Shown piece by piece: positions 26,501 through 62,382 of a stretch of 64,000 nucleotides of DNA. The stretch is from Tubiluchus corallicola (Eukaryota; Animalia; Priapulida): contig JAQGDQ010000534.1 of assembly GCA_030141605.1 (NCBI GenBank), positions 87,366 through 151,365 on the forward strand, read 5' to 3'. The notes under the pieces were generated by a model. That model made no database searches. It saw nothing but the letters and a program-made list of their open reading frames with translations, and had not been told where the DNA came from. Each line of letters opens with the position of its first letter. Positions within the stretch are counted from its first letter, which is position 1. The position numbers and the translations under genes are program-made.

Positions 26501-28084
26501 GTCCACATATTGATTTAACACTATATTTGCCATTTTATCAGTTGAAATTACTAAATCGATTGTACTTGCACCAGTACTGGAGCTAAAAGTGCTCGACGAT
26601 GGAGCAAAAAAAGTTACTTTGCTGTTATTTGCACAAATGAAATCTTTGAGCACTTTGCCATTTGCATTATCTGAAGTATCCCACAAAAAACAACGTGCGT
26701 TAAAGTCTCCAGTAGCTACAAGGCCCCACAAATTGTGAATTTGCACATAATTCATTGCCTCTTTCAAGTTGTTTATTACTCTGGTAAAACTTTCGTAAAC
26801 AAACGATCTCATAAATGATCGTTTGGTGGGGTGTAAACAGAAGCTAAAAGAAATCTCCGTCCGTTTATATATATGAGCAGCCAAATAACGTCCGTGTTCT
26901 GACTTTCTAGCTCTTTAATTTTGCAGCTATTTATGTTGGTTTTGACAAAAACCGCTACTCCTCCATGAAAAGGTCTGCATGACTTAAAGTACTCTTTATA
27001 GTTCGTTAGTTTCGGAAATTGTTGAGCTGGGTCTACCCGCGTCTCTTGAACTGATACGATGTCAAAGTTTTCTCTATTTACGTAATTGTCTAATGCTAAA
27101 GTTGAGCGAGGTGGCAACGAATGGATGTTAATTTGGCATACCTTGAAAAGACGATCTCGTGTTTGAGTCATTGATACATCTGTGTTCTTTTCAACTCCTT
27201 CTGGTAAATTTCACACTCTCTGCTCCTTGCCTCGTGCTTCCCCTTACAATTTGCGCAAACAGTCTCTTCTGCCGTGCATTCATTAGTTCTATGTTTCGCG
27301 CTACATTTTCCACACACAACAGAATGCTTGCAAAACTTGGCCACGTGGTTGTATTTTTGGCAATTGAAACAACAAATGGGCTTCTGCTTGCTAGCGAACA
27401 ATTCCACACTGCATAGCATCTGATCTATAGGTATACCCTTATTAATAGCTTGGTATAGGTCTTCTTGGGATTGAAAGGTGACTTTGACTAATGGCATATT
27501 TGTCCCATTTCTTTTCTTAAATCTCTCTACCTTTACTCCCTCATACTGATTTTGTATTTCATATTCTACATCTTGGTCTGATAAATTTGGATCGCAGTCT
27601 CTGATAAGGCCTATATGCAGTTTCTTTGGCTGTCTCACCCGTGTGTCCCCACCTAAAAATTCAGATTTCCATTCGCTAATCATTTTCTTTGCCGTGTCGC
27701 TGTCATTTAACTGGATCTGAATTTTACCTTTTGCAGTTTTGTATGCAACTTCAAATTTGGTTAACGGGAAGTATCTGCTGATATTACGTTTGATGTTTAT
27801 ACTTGTGTCCACTAGCTTTGGATCTTTAACATTTTCTATCAACACAGTTTTTTCCGGATCGTACAGTGTTTGGCTGCTCTTTTGGACATGACTTGCAGAC
27901 TTAGCTGATGCTGCACCCGGTTGCTTAGATTGTAACATACCACTCTTAGCTGCTGCTGAATACGACTTGGTTCCAACGTTACTTATCAACACGTCTACTT
28001 TCTGATCTAAGTGTTGGATCGTATTTGACAGAGTATTAAGTTTGTTAAAAGTGCTGCTCTTGTTAGTATCACCCTGCAATATGC
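23590..28084 (-). mobile_element. Near full-length degenerate LINE (I/Jockey-group-like): ORF1 with three CCHC-type knuckles, ORF2 APE endonuclease-RT-Cys motif, AATAAA and (TTA)n tail
   Basis: ORF 27168..28079 (CFNCQKYNHVAKFC etc.); 26809..27171 and 26243..26884 APE (VQET, GDFNA, IDL); 25300..26121 and 24536..25174 RT (YRPITI, EKAFD, GLPQGS, YVDD). Confidence 0.92.
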
Positions 28085-28519
<435 letters not shown>

Positions 28520-30860
28520 TTATTATTATTATAACTCTATTTTATTATATGTATTAACATAAATACATACATAATATACATAAATTCCCTCTATTTGCAG
28601 GGACCAGCATGAGTATTATTATAATAAGGTAGAAAATAATTACAATTATCCGTTTTAATATCACTGGTGACTATGATAACAGTAAAACACTTATATACAA
28701 AAACATATCAACAACTACAAGCAACATAGCTAGATTTACATTTAAATTTATATTTACCTAATTTTATAAATAACTCTTACTTTTATATTTTCATTGACGG
28801 GTAGCAATCTAAGTATTATAAAATGACAGTAACTGGACTTCACATTTTTAAAAATAAACTCCATGTTTTTTCGGCTACATTTTCCTCTTTAGCATTTTCA
28901 ACAATTTCTACAAACGCATTAATAGCATTTCTACTTCTTATTCTGTAGATATCCTTAAGTTGCTTAGATGGGAGTGCAGTTTCAAGTTTCCTTCTGAGTT
29001 CGTCTTTTATTAGAGGACAGTTAAAAATTGTATGTTCTGGCGTTTGGCTGTTTGCATTGCATTTACACATATCAGTTTCTATCAGACCGATTCTATTGCT
29101 AAACACATTACAACCTCTTCCTAATAATAAGTTGAAAGCAATGGTTTCAATAACACGTTCATTTCTTGCTATTTGCAGATCTAAAGGTTTTGCGCAAACT
29201 TTAACTTCTTCAAAAGGGTTTCCAGCTAACTGGTTGCAATGCAACAGTTTTCTTTTCCATAGAAACTCTAAGAATGTGTATTTTAGATTGTCTTGTGGAA
29301 TTGACTGTAACATTTCATTTCGATTTGCGTTTAGACCTTTAATGGTTTTTAAGAATAATCTAGTCTTATTTAGGTGTTCTGCCAGGAAATGGTTGCAATA
29401 TTCAGCACTGATGTAATTCACATCTGCTTTAATTAGTTCTTTTCTGACTAAGTCATCTGCAGGTAAAGTAAGTAATTTCAAAACTGACTTAACAGATAAA
29501 ACAGAATAAATAACATCCATTGATGGTAGTCCTGCAATTAATTCAGTTTCAATTTTTTGGGGATTAAAACCTACTCCTGTTGCCATTTTTAACACATCAT
29601 ATAGTATATCGTCAAAAGCCGTGATGTTCTTTGCTAACCAAGCTATCGAGGCGTACAAAATCATTGGAAGTACCATGATATTAAAAAGTCTCAAAATTGT
29701 CTTCATATGCAAACCTTTGTGCCGGAAACAAAATTGCTTTATCTGGTCCCATGTTTTCCACGCCTTTTTCCTGGTATCTAGCACATGAGCGTTAAAATTT
29801 AATTAATTGTCCACTGTGACACCCAGCACTTTGCATTTTCTTACATACTCAATAGGATTATTTCCAAATTTGAGGTTTGGTGGGTCCGGTTCCCAATTCA
29901 AAATTTTTGAGTTCTTGTACAAAATGGCTTCAGTTTTGTTTTTGGCACAGTTTATGTTCATCCGCACCACATCTTACACCAAGTGTACAGTTTATCACAA
30001 CATTTTTGGGCTTTTAAATAACATTCATATTTTGTGTCTGCTGTGATTAACAAAGAACCATCATCTGCATATTTAAATTTTTCGCAGCTTACTTCATCAT
30101 CTATTGATTGAAACATGTCAATAACATACAACAAAAACAGTAATGGTGACAAAACGGAACCTTGTGGGAGACCCAACTGACAATTGTACTTTGGAGATGT
30201 ATGACCATTAATACGTAAAACAATATTCCTATTTTTTAAAAATGTACTAATAAGACACAACATGTTTCCTTTAATACCATATTGATACAACTTGTACAAT
30301 AGCCCATTTATCCAAACACTAGCGAAGTCGCAAAGAATTGCAATGCAGCTTGTTTCAAGCAAATTTGTTCTAGTCAGGTTATAAATAAGCCTGACCAAGT
30401 AGCGTACTGTACTGTGTCTGGCCTGAAGCCTTCTTGCTCATCATCAATAATGTCATATGCATTGCAAAATTGTCTTACACGATTTTCAAGAAGCTTTTCT
30501 GCTAGTTTTTCATAGTAGGAGGTAATGCTAATAGGTCTATAATTATTAGGGTCACTATAATCGGACTTGCCATTCTTTTTAATAAATGTAACCTTTGAGT
30601 CATTCCATGGCCAAATATTGCTGTCTAAACAAATGTTGACTATATTGAGAAAAGTGGCTTTAGCCCAAAATCCCAACTTCTTTATCATTAGAGGGTGAAA
30701 TCCATGAATGTCTATGGTCTTGTTGTTTGTTTTAACACTTTTTATCGCAATATTTAGTTCCCTCGTGTTAAACCTATCATTAAGCCATGTATGCTCCACA
30801 ATTATTTGTTGATCAATTTGTTGGCCAACAATTTCCTCGATGTCTTCAAACCATGTAATC
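28520..30860 (-). mobile_element. 5'-truncated degenerate LINE related to the 23.6-28.1 kb element
   Basis: ORFs 30374..30799, 29958..30398 (GLPQGS, YADDGSL), 28840..29784; shares GFHP.MIK and DDGSL with its neighbour; AATAAA and (TAA)n tail. Confidence 0.9.
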
Positions 30861-31190
30861 TTTACCCTGCAGTTTTAGACTTTCTATTTCGTTACTGGAT
30901 TTAGTAAGGGCACACAGTGGTGGCTCGTGTAACGTAATAAGCCTTTTTTTCTTTCTTTACAATTGCACGGTCCAGAGCACGTGAGGGTAATACTGCTTGC
31001 TTCACAGCCCAGCACAGTGAACTCACAGCTCAGGCAATGTGATGTCTGGCTGTTGTGTGCATGCACACATATCTCAGATAACACACTGCGCTTTAGGTAG
31101 AAAAAGTCCTGTCACTCACGCAGTGCAGTGATAAATATACTCTATACACCTCTAAATAAACAGTATCTATACAAGAGTAAAGCTAGCTAC

Positions 31191-53506
<22,316 letters not shown>

Positions 53507-56163
53507 GTTGTTGTTCTATCACTTCGCAACACTCAGTCTATCACTCTGACTGCAGAATGCCCATATTTCTGATGCAAACAAATGTATTCGGGTCTGAAAA
53601 TAAAAAATATTTGTTAATGTGAAAAACTTATTAAAAATACAAACACTTCAATGATGCTGAATCACAGCACACGGCACAATTTCAACGTGACCTAATTTCA
53701 CGATAAAATGTTTGGGCTTACAGAAATGGCAAATCTCATTCAAACTTTTGGAAGAAAACAATTGAAGTTGACAACAAGACGTGATACCTTCATAAAGAGG
53801 ACTTACAAGTTACACTTCTTCAAGACGTTTCGTAGACCTAGTGCTACTCTCAACACTATTGGGAGAAATAATAATAACAATGATAATTTTACATTATTAT
53901 TACTATTATTATTAAAGTACAGTAAGAATATTGAAGACGAAACTCGCATTATGCCTAACCTATCCGTGATGCAAACTGCAAGCGTGAACACCTATTTGTA
54001 GCTCTGCCAGTACCAGTCAAATGCAATATGTACTGCAAATGTACTGAATATGATAATAACAAAAAATTCAAACTTGGTAACTACTGTCACGCAAGTCCAT
54101 AGTCTTACTCTTCTAATTAAAAATAATACCACTGTTTAAGAAATGGTGTTCTGTATGTTGCCAAAGTACTGCTAAACAAATTTAGAAAGAACGGGTATAA
54201 CAACTTAATAACACCTTTGCAGTTTTGAACACACACGCACTAGTGTCAATATGCAAAATCTCTAACGCTAGCTTCAAATTGCAAAAATTGGTTATTCTTT
54301 ATGTACACTACAAGCATTTATTGAAAATTGATTGTGAAAAAATAAAGCATTAGATTTATAAGATCAGCACACGAGTTTTGTCCTTTTAGCAACAGGTTAA
54401 ATGTTCATAATATAAAAAAAGTAATGTCTATTGTCAACCAGAGCATAATCAAGCAAAACGGAACGAGTGGACTTCATCTGTCAGAAAGGGCAACCTGTTA
54501 TATTCGAGCAGAATGATCTTTTTCACTAAAATTATTGAGTAATCGTACACTGCCGACCAGGCCTGGCCATCTTTTCTTAGTAATTACTGTATTAACACAA
54601 TTCAAGATACCACACTAAAGTAAGTTTAGTAGCATCTGAGAAACTAGGCAAGAATAAGAAATCAGTCTGTTATCTTGATCAACTAGACTCTGTCATTTTA
54701 CGGTAAAGCCTGCTTCTGAAGATACTAAATTGATATGTTACTTCAAGAAGTTTAGCTGCATGATCACGGTATATGCTAAATGGCAAGTTAAGTGAATAAA
54801 GTTGGACCAAATTGAAAGGCAACTGCAAAAAAGTTTCATTTGCTACACTGCCTTAACAGAGTTACCCTAACAAGCTAATCTACCAGCATCATAGGAAAAG
54901 CCTGTAGTTCAGTTTTCATCTTTGGCTTGCAGTGTGGAAAATGCAAACTATTTAAATAAGATAAATTGTAATGATGTGGTGCTACGTATTAAATTATAAG
55001 CTACAACAATAACAAACACTGGTTTAGTATTGAAACAAAATTCAATATGTATGTATCGTAATTAATGCAAAATACTAAATAAACGCACAGATTTAGCTAC
55101 ACGGGTAATACTAATGTTTTTTTATTTGCTAAAATACAAGTGCAGTATAACACAAAACCTTTGACATCACAATTATGCACTATAGTAGTGAGAACAAGAA
55201 AGAAACACCATAAAAAAGTACTGAAATTTACGTTGTAACAAACAGACAACCAAAATGCTAAACACAAATAGGAAGTATTGCTAGTGCTGGGACAAGTATA
55301 AAAACTTCTTTTTGTAATGTGCTGTCAACAGCCAACCAAATATACCAAGTTTCTTCAATAGTATTAAAGTCAGTGTGGTGTATAAATTTTGATTACATAA
55401 TGTATTATTTTAAATGGGGTTCAAATTATAGCCTGCATCACGCAAACCATAATAGAATGTCACACATACGAATTAAATTAGATTACATAGATACATTAAA
55501 CATTTATTTTTAAGTAAAACTAACGATCAACCATGTCACTCTTAGCGACAATAGAAAACAACTTAATGCTATATTCTGCAACAAGTCATTGAACTAAAAT
55601 TTTGTACAAAAGTCATTGAACAAGTCATTTGCTAAAATGTAGTCAATTTATGAAACAAAAAGACGTAATAGTAATGAGTAAAGTTAAATCTGTCCTAGTA
55701 AAATGAATTGCATAAATTAACAATATAATGAATATAACCCAATCATACATTATGCATAAGCATCATTTAATTCTACAAATTAGTCTTTCTAGGAAGCTCT
55801 AAAAATAATATTTCTGCACTTGGAATGACATAACCTTGAGAAGTCCCTCTATTCAGAATGCAAGAAATCCTGAGAGTTTGCTCAAAAAAACTTGTAAAGA
55901 CGTGACTAATTCCAAAAAAAGTACAAAAAGCACTTGACAGATGCAATGGGACAAATACAATGATCATCTCTGTGTACACTAATTTTTTGGCAAGCTTTTT
56001 TCACACTTATTTTACGATATCATCCGTCGATATGTGCAACTAGTGAGTCTAAGTTCTGAAACACTACATGGTACAATGTGACACTAATAATATTAATACT
56101 GTTTATTAGGCTTAGTTGACCAGCACTAACTCCATAAGCGTCATGAGAAACCTTTACTGCGTC

Positions 56164-57702
56164 TTACAATTCTACAGTAACTTGACTTGGATCCGTCTCA
56201 GCCTCTCTCGCTTCCTTCTCGGATATGTCCTCTGCTAGTCCTTTACCGACTTCGCCGCTGAATGGACACGTGACAGATCCTGGCTCTCCAACATTCTCTT
56301 GAAGATTCTGTGGTTTTACAGACTCTACGACTTTTCCATCCTTCATCCAAAACTTCATTCCAGTAAAGGGGCAGCTAATTAATTCACTTCCGTCATCCCG
56401 TGTCTCAACAAAATTATTATCAGAACCTTGCAGCATTTCCTTCTCAGTCGCACTGACATCATCTTTTTGGCCGTTTGTGGTAACGTTTTCGTTATCGTTT
56501 GAGTCGTCCGCTGTTTTTGTCTCCGCTATTTCAGCCTGCTTTTTCTGTTCTTCTTCTTCTTCTTTTTTCAGTCGTGCCTTCTTCTTCTCTTCGCGCTGAT
56601 ATTCTTCAAACAGCTTTTTGCAGACTTTTTTGTGTGTAAACCAGTGTAACTTCTGACACTCTTGACTGCAGTAGTTTACCATTTTACAAGCCGAACATTT
56701 CTTCTTAGCATTAGATTTTCCACAAGTCGTACAATCTTGATCATCATCAGCACCTCTCTGACCATTAATAGATTGTACAAGAACCGACAGTGCTGTTGGA
56801 TAACCACCGATCTCAACTGGTGCAATACTTCTGACTAGCTGTTGCAGCAGCACACTATCATGGTACGGGTACTCTCTTATCGTCTGTCTGCAAAACTTCT
56901 CCATAAACAACGGAAAACCGTCAACATCTCGACCACAGAGGAGACATTTAATAAAAGAAGTTAACTTTTGCGCTTTTGGCACAATTGAATCGTCTCCTTC
57001 ATCCTTCAGCCACTGCTGCAGCCTTTTGCACAAGCTTGCAATGTAATGCATCTTTATTGACATGACCTCGTTAATTTCCGCTTCCTTCACTTGCTGTTCA
57101 CACATCAGTGTAAGAAGACTTGTAACTGCTGGCAAATTATCGACTAGGCACGGATGAGCCTGAAGAAACTGAACTAAATTAACTGGGTGCAAATTATTCA
57201 GCAGTAAAAACCCATGTAATGGAATGGTAAGCTCTGGTTTTAATTTCGGTTCTGTTTCCAATCCGTGAGGCTGATTGAAATACTCCAAATTTTCGCGAGG
57301 TAAGAAATTGTTGATGATGCTAACAATTTTATGTTGACCAACAAAGCCAGCCATTTGAGCTGCTGTGCGATTAACCTTATTTGTAGGGGACGTTTTTGCC
57401 CCAGACGTCAGCAGCAGCTGCACCGTCTCTTCGTTGCCAGAAAGCGCAGCAAACATGAGGGCAGTATAGCCTTGATCATGATTGTTATTGTTTACATCTG
57501 CGCCATGATTTAGTAGAAGTTCGCACAATTCCTTATTCCCTTTGAAAGCTGCATGCTGTAACGGTGTCATGCCATTTTTATCCAAACAATCGACTTTAAT
57601 GCCTTTATGGCTCAACAATTCTGTAATTTCATTGACGTCATTGGACTGAATAAGTTCATAAATGCGTCGCTCTCTTGGTGTGAGATTTTCTGCGTTCGCC
57701 AT
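56164..57702 (-). CDS. ANKMY2: Ankyrin repeat and MYND domain-containing protein 2 (DAF-25 orthologue), single-exon ORF, 512 aa
   Basis: N-terminal ankyrin repeats (GMTPLQHAAFKG, GYTALMFAALSG), conserved middle region (REYPY...LLQQLV), MYND finger CTTCG...CSACK...YCSQECQKLHWFTHKKVC. Confidence 0.95.
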   Translation of the reverse strand: MANAENLTPRERRIYELIQSNDVNEITELLSHKGIKVDCLDKNGMTPLQHAAFKGNKELCELLLNHGADVNNNNHDQGYTALMFAALSGNEETVQLLLTSGAKTSPTNKVNRTAAQMAGFVGQHKIVSIINNFLPRENLEYFNQPHGLETEPKLKPELTIPLHGFLLLNNLHPVNLVQFLQAHPCLVDNLPAVTSLLTLMCEQQVKEAEINEVMSIKMHYIASLCKRLQQWLKDEGDDSIVPKAQKLTSFIKCLLCGRDVDGFPLFMEKFCRQTIREYPYHDSVLLQQLVRSIAPVEIGGYPTALSVLVQSINGQRGADDDQDCTTCGKSNAKKKCSACKMVNYCSQECQKLHWFTHKKVCKKLFEEYQREEKKKARLKKEEEEEQKKQAEIAETKTADDSNDNENVTTNGQKDDVSATEKEMLQGSDNNFVETRDDGSELISCPFTGMKFWMKDGKVVESVKPQNLQENVGEPGSVTCPFSGEVGKGLAEDISEKEAREAETDPSQVTVEL

Positions 57703-60019
57703 TTTACAATTTTATATTCCGCAAAATCGCTATTACTCAAAGCTTCAAACAAATGAGCACAAAATTATTGATACTGATTAATGTTGGATATACAGAATTC
57801 CAGAATGTTGGTGAAAACCACCATGGATACATTTTGTTAGCAACCGGATTCCAGCAAGAGGGCATATCTTCTCAAGTATTTCCTAATTTTTTTGGTTTTC
57901 AACATCAATATCATTACCGAACATGTGTTTTTGCAGAGTGACCGTGTAAAATGAGTAATGTCTGTATTTCGTCTTTTCAATTTCCAGGAAATAAATAGTG
58001 ATCAGCTACATTTGGTTTGGGTATTACCGTGTATTTTAAGAAGCTTGATTGGAAATCAAAATTCAAATGCCGAGTTTTTCCTAAAAAGTTTAGTTTAGCG
58101 TCAAGTTAGTCACTTGCTGTACTATTTTAATCTCATCTTCAGTCATTTGAAAGACGGTATGAATGATTACTTGTGAAATAAATCCCTATAAACTTGAAAA
58201 GTGTATTGGTGGTGTTATTACACTTTTATATCTCCTAGTTTTTCCAGGCTATAACCCATTTTTCTTTCTAGGCCTGTACTCTGTAGACCGTAAAACAGAG
58301 CAGTAAGCCTGACATTATGTAAAAGTAGACGTTTTTAGGCATCATAATTTCAGGTCGTTGTTATTCTTACTGACAACATTCAAGAAGCTACACGTGAGCG
58401 ACTTAACGAGGTCCTTAATCTGTATTTTTAGTTCCATTACTTTGATCAAAATTTGTTATGTCTTGGGTAAGTGTTTTATACATAGCATAGGCAAGGCATG
58501 TGCTATAATAATAATAATAATATTTTGGAGACTACCAATATGTCCAATTAAGGCAACTCCTTATCGTTACAAATTATGCTCACAATGACAATAATAATAA
58601 TACCACCGTCATATTAATATAATAAGGAAGAATTACTATAAAATTTATACCTACTGACATGCATGAACCATGAGAAATCACAGGCTAGTTATTTTTTATT
58701 AATATTACTTTACAGTATACCCCCTTCACTATTGCCATTATGCTGTCGTCATCATTCAATTTCTATTTCTTCAAATACGTACAATGTATGCGTTGGGAAC
58801 CACTTAATACAATACGTGTCAATTAATACTTACATATAGAATTAATTCATATAAGCTTTGTACAGAAGGTTGTTTTTACAGACAATCATTCTAATAGTAA
58901 TTAAAATTTTTTGATATATTGTATATTAATATGGTTAAGTTAGTTTTCGAACTAATTGTAATGTAGCACACCGATACGCAAATCATAGTTAAATATGGCA
59001 TGTTTTAAGCAATGAGAAAGTAATTATCATCTCTGTCATCATCGTCATCATTACTTTCATCATTGCTGTCATCGTTATCATCAGCATCATCATTACCACT
59101 ATCATCTTCTTCATATTCGGACTGTTCGGCATTATTTATGTCTTGTTCTTTCTCTTGTTGTTCTTCTTTTTCTTCCAGTTGTTTTTCGTATTGTTGTGGT
59201 TCTTACTGTTCTTGTTTATATTGTGTTTTTTTGTTTTTGTTCTTGTTATCCATATTTTTTATTATCGTTGTTATCATCATCATCTTTAATCCATCGTCAT
59301 CTTTAACCCATAATCTTTTTTTCTTTCTTAAGAAATGGTGATGTTGATAACCAATGTTTGGTCATTAATGTAAGTAATGGTGAACAGTTGAACGCTCGAA
59401 TTCGATTCAAACGAGTTTTTTATTTCAGATTTGATTCAAAGTTAAAATTATTGATTCGAATAGTGAACCACTTCTACTACATGAGTTCTCGGTCATTAAA
59501 ACGTTTGAAACGCCTTGCACACAGCACATTTTAGCTGTGATTTTTGTGCACAATATTTAAACAAGTTTAGCATTTTTACTACAGTACAAAATCAAGCAAT
59601 ATGCATGATCTTTGCAAGACTGCTTTGAAGTTGAGATACGAAATTTTGTTCGAAAATCATTTTGACCAAATTCGGATTCGAAATTCGGTTTGATTCTAGT
59701 TTGAAGGTCACATATTTCATTCGATACGAATTCGTTTTCCAGTTGACAATGCTCACCCCCCCCAACTTGTTGATAAGCTGCATGAGCAACTGGGTCGTCT
59801 GCCCTCTCTCTGTAAGACTGCTGTGTTGTATATAGTGAAGTTCATAGGTTGGTGAGCTATTCATAAAATGTTTCTAACTGTTTAACTTGAATGATGTGCT
59901 TAGAAGCCGTAATTTGTCCTTGGAGCCAATTAAGAAATGTTTGTGGATTGGTAAAAAACTAAAACTTTCTTTTAACGCTAACTTGTCTATCTTCTGAGAA
60001 GTTTAATTCACCTAAATTA

Positions 60020-60814
60020 CAGTCGTGGCCAAAAAGTTTAAGCCCACCTGTGATTATGACGTGAATTTTGAGCTTTTCTGGTATTCAGTACCATATATTT
60101 TCCCTCCTGGTGGTCCGATTCATTCACACGATGACTCATTGGGAAGGTAATTGAAAATTGCAAATAAATGTTTGTATTGCCCATGTGCAGGACTTATGAG
60201 ATGATGACGTAAAAGGACATTTCTAGTTATTCTAGAAAAGAAAGCTGCAGAATTTTTTAAAAGCAATGTTCATGGTGATTCCGCGAATGAGTTCCTTGTT
60301 TGATGATAAAAATATTTCATTATCTCCGTGATTCTGTTTTGAATCAAAGTTAATTATAAAATCACCGTCTCGACGGGATAACAAGCATTGATGATGTCAC
60401 AGCGAGGATGATGTGATCAAGTCGGAGACACATGCGCATGCGCAGCTGATCACTCATCCTCTTACTTTCATGCTCACAGCGAGGATGACGTCATCAAGTC
60501 GGAGACACATGCGCATGCGCAGCTGATCACTCATCCTCTTACCTTTCATTAGAATTATCATCCAATGTAATCAGACGACTGGGGAGGAAGCTACTGCATA
60601 GAGCGCGTCTAAGACAATTCCCGCGACCGTACTGATGACGTCATCATCTCCTAAGTCTTGCGCATGCGCAATACAAACATTTATTTGCAATTTTCAATTA
60701 CCTTCCTAATGAGCCATCGTGTGTACGAATCGGTCCACCATGAGGGAAAATACATGGTTTTGAATACTGAAAAAGCTCAAAACACAGGTGGGCGTAAACT
60801 TTTGGCCACGACTG
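60020..60814. mobile_element. Tc1/mariner-like MITE with long (~180-200 bp) imperfect TIRs
   Basis: TA-CAGTCGTGGCCAAAA...TTTTGGCCACGACTG-TA; internal ~77-bp direct repeat. Confidence 0.85.
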
Positions 60815-61237
60815 TAATGTTTCTTAACAAAAGAAGCAGCTATGTTTTGTAGTGATGGTATCATGTACATTGTGTGTTCCTGTTGTTGTTTTAACTGCTT
60901 AGCCGGTGCAATGAATTCTCATTCTCGCAATAATGGATGCGTCACGTAGAAAAGCCTCTTTGTTTAACTTTACCTACCCTTCAACATTATTCAGAATCAA
61001 TATTTACCCGCATGTGGCGTATGAATCACCTGTTTTACCTTATAATCTAGGCTGTTATTTTCTGCTGAGATAGCATTATTGGCACATAATGCCGTGTGAC
61101 TGATTATCTCTCATGTCTCTATGTTTCTTACTACTCAAAATTATGATGTATTCCATAAATTAAGCTCCCTGCATGTTTGTAAACATGTGTAGCACTGTGA
61201 GTTAGTTCATTGCTGTGTTTTCCTAGGATAAACTTGG

Positions 61238-62382
61238 ATGATGGAAATCTTCGATAATTCACTTCGTCTTTATCTTGATAGCATTGCGACTAGTAAGTCA
61301 GGACTGTATGATGATCAGCTTTCTGTGCCAGCTAGTCTTCAGGTAAGCTGAATTCTTTGTGGTTTCACTAATATTTAATATTTTCATTATACTTAGTGAC
61401 AGCATTAAAAATTAAGAATTAAAATTTTTGCTGCTACTAAGAGCTTCTAAGCACCAATTTGAGTTGTAAAACTATTACTGTTTAAAAAATTAAATTGCTA
61501 GTTTTATTCTTGCCCATTCCATCTCTTAATGTTTTAATTACTTTAAAGTTTATTATACCGTAAACATGTGGCGTCGTGTTATTCTTAAAGGAAAACTGGA
61601 TGATTGTGTAAACACGAGTTCAGAGTAAAGAATGCTCTAAAATATTGAAAACTACAATAACTTTTTTTAAAATCAAAACTTAGTTTAAATAATAATTGCC
61701 TCGGATACTCAAATTTCGTTAAACTTTCAAAGCTACGCGCGAGATTGGCAATGGCGCCTTTTTGTCACATGCACATGACCGACAAATAGAAGGCGGTGCC
61801 GTGATAACTATAATCATGAACTGCTGTGCTAGTTTCTGACGTCATATGATGTAAAGCTCATTTTTCGTGACATCAGGCGTTTAAACAGTACCATAACACT
61901 TATGCCAAATGTGCTTGACGCGCGAGGGAAGACGCCTGCCATTGCACAAACTGTGGTTAGTTTCTGACGTAAGCAATACCTGTGTTCGGTTGCCGTTAAT
62001 TAACTTTCTAAGCTAATTATTCAAATATGAGAAACAATTATAGGCAAGAAAATGTATATTTTGGACAGTAAATTAAAATGAGATTGGATCTAAACAATCG
62101 CCCGGTTTTCCTTTAATATAAAACGCATGTTCTACATTACATGGAGTTTGAAAGTTTGTAATAAAATGAAACATTTTCTTATTTCACCAAGGACCATGGA
62201 CTTGTTATGAAGTTAATCAAGAATTTTAAATTATTACAAAACATGTGACGTTGTTATCCTTGTTATAAAACATTTGTTCACGAACACTATTGATAATACG
62301 TTGAGTTTGGAACTGTGCATTTTTTTGTTTTAACTAGGATTATGGTCTGTATGGTAGCGAAATTAAGGAGCAAGCTAATGTG
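61238..62382 (+). CDS. Putative first coding exons of an unidentified divergent gene (61238-61342 MMEIFDNSLRLYLDSIATSKSGLYDDQLSVPASLQ; 62338-62382 DYGLYGSEIKEQANV)
   Basis: Strong acceptors (tttcctag, ttttaactag) and donors (CAG/GTAAGC, G/GTAAGA), both phase 0 and open; no recognisable homology. Confidence 0.45.
61585..62116 (+). mobile_element. Kolobok-like MITE family A
   Basis: TTAA-AGGAAAACTGGATGATTG...CCGGTTTTCCT-TTAA. Confidence 0.88.
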
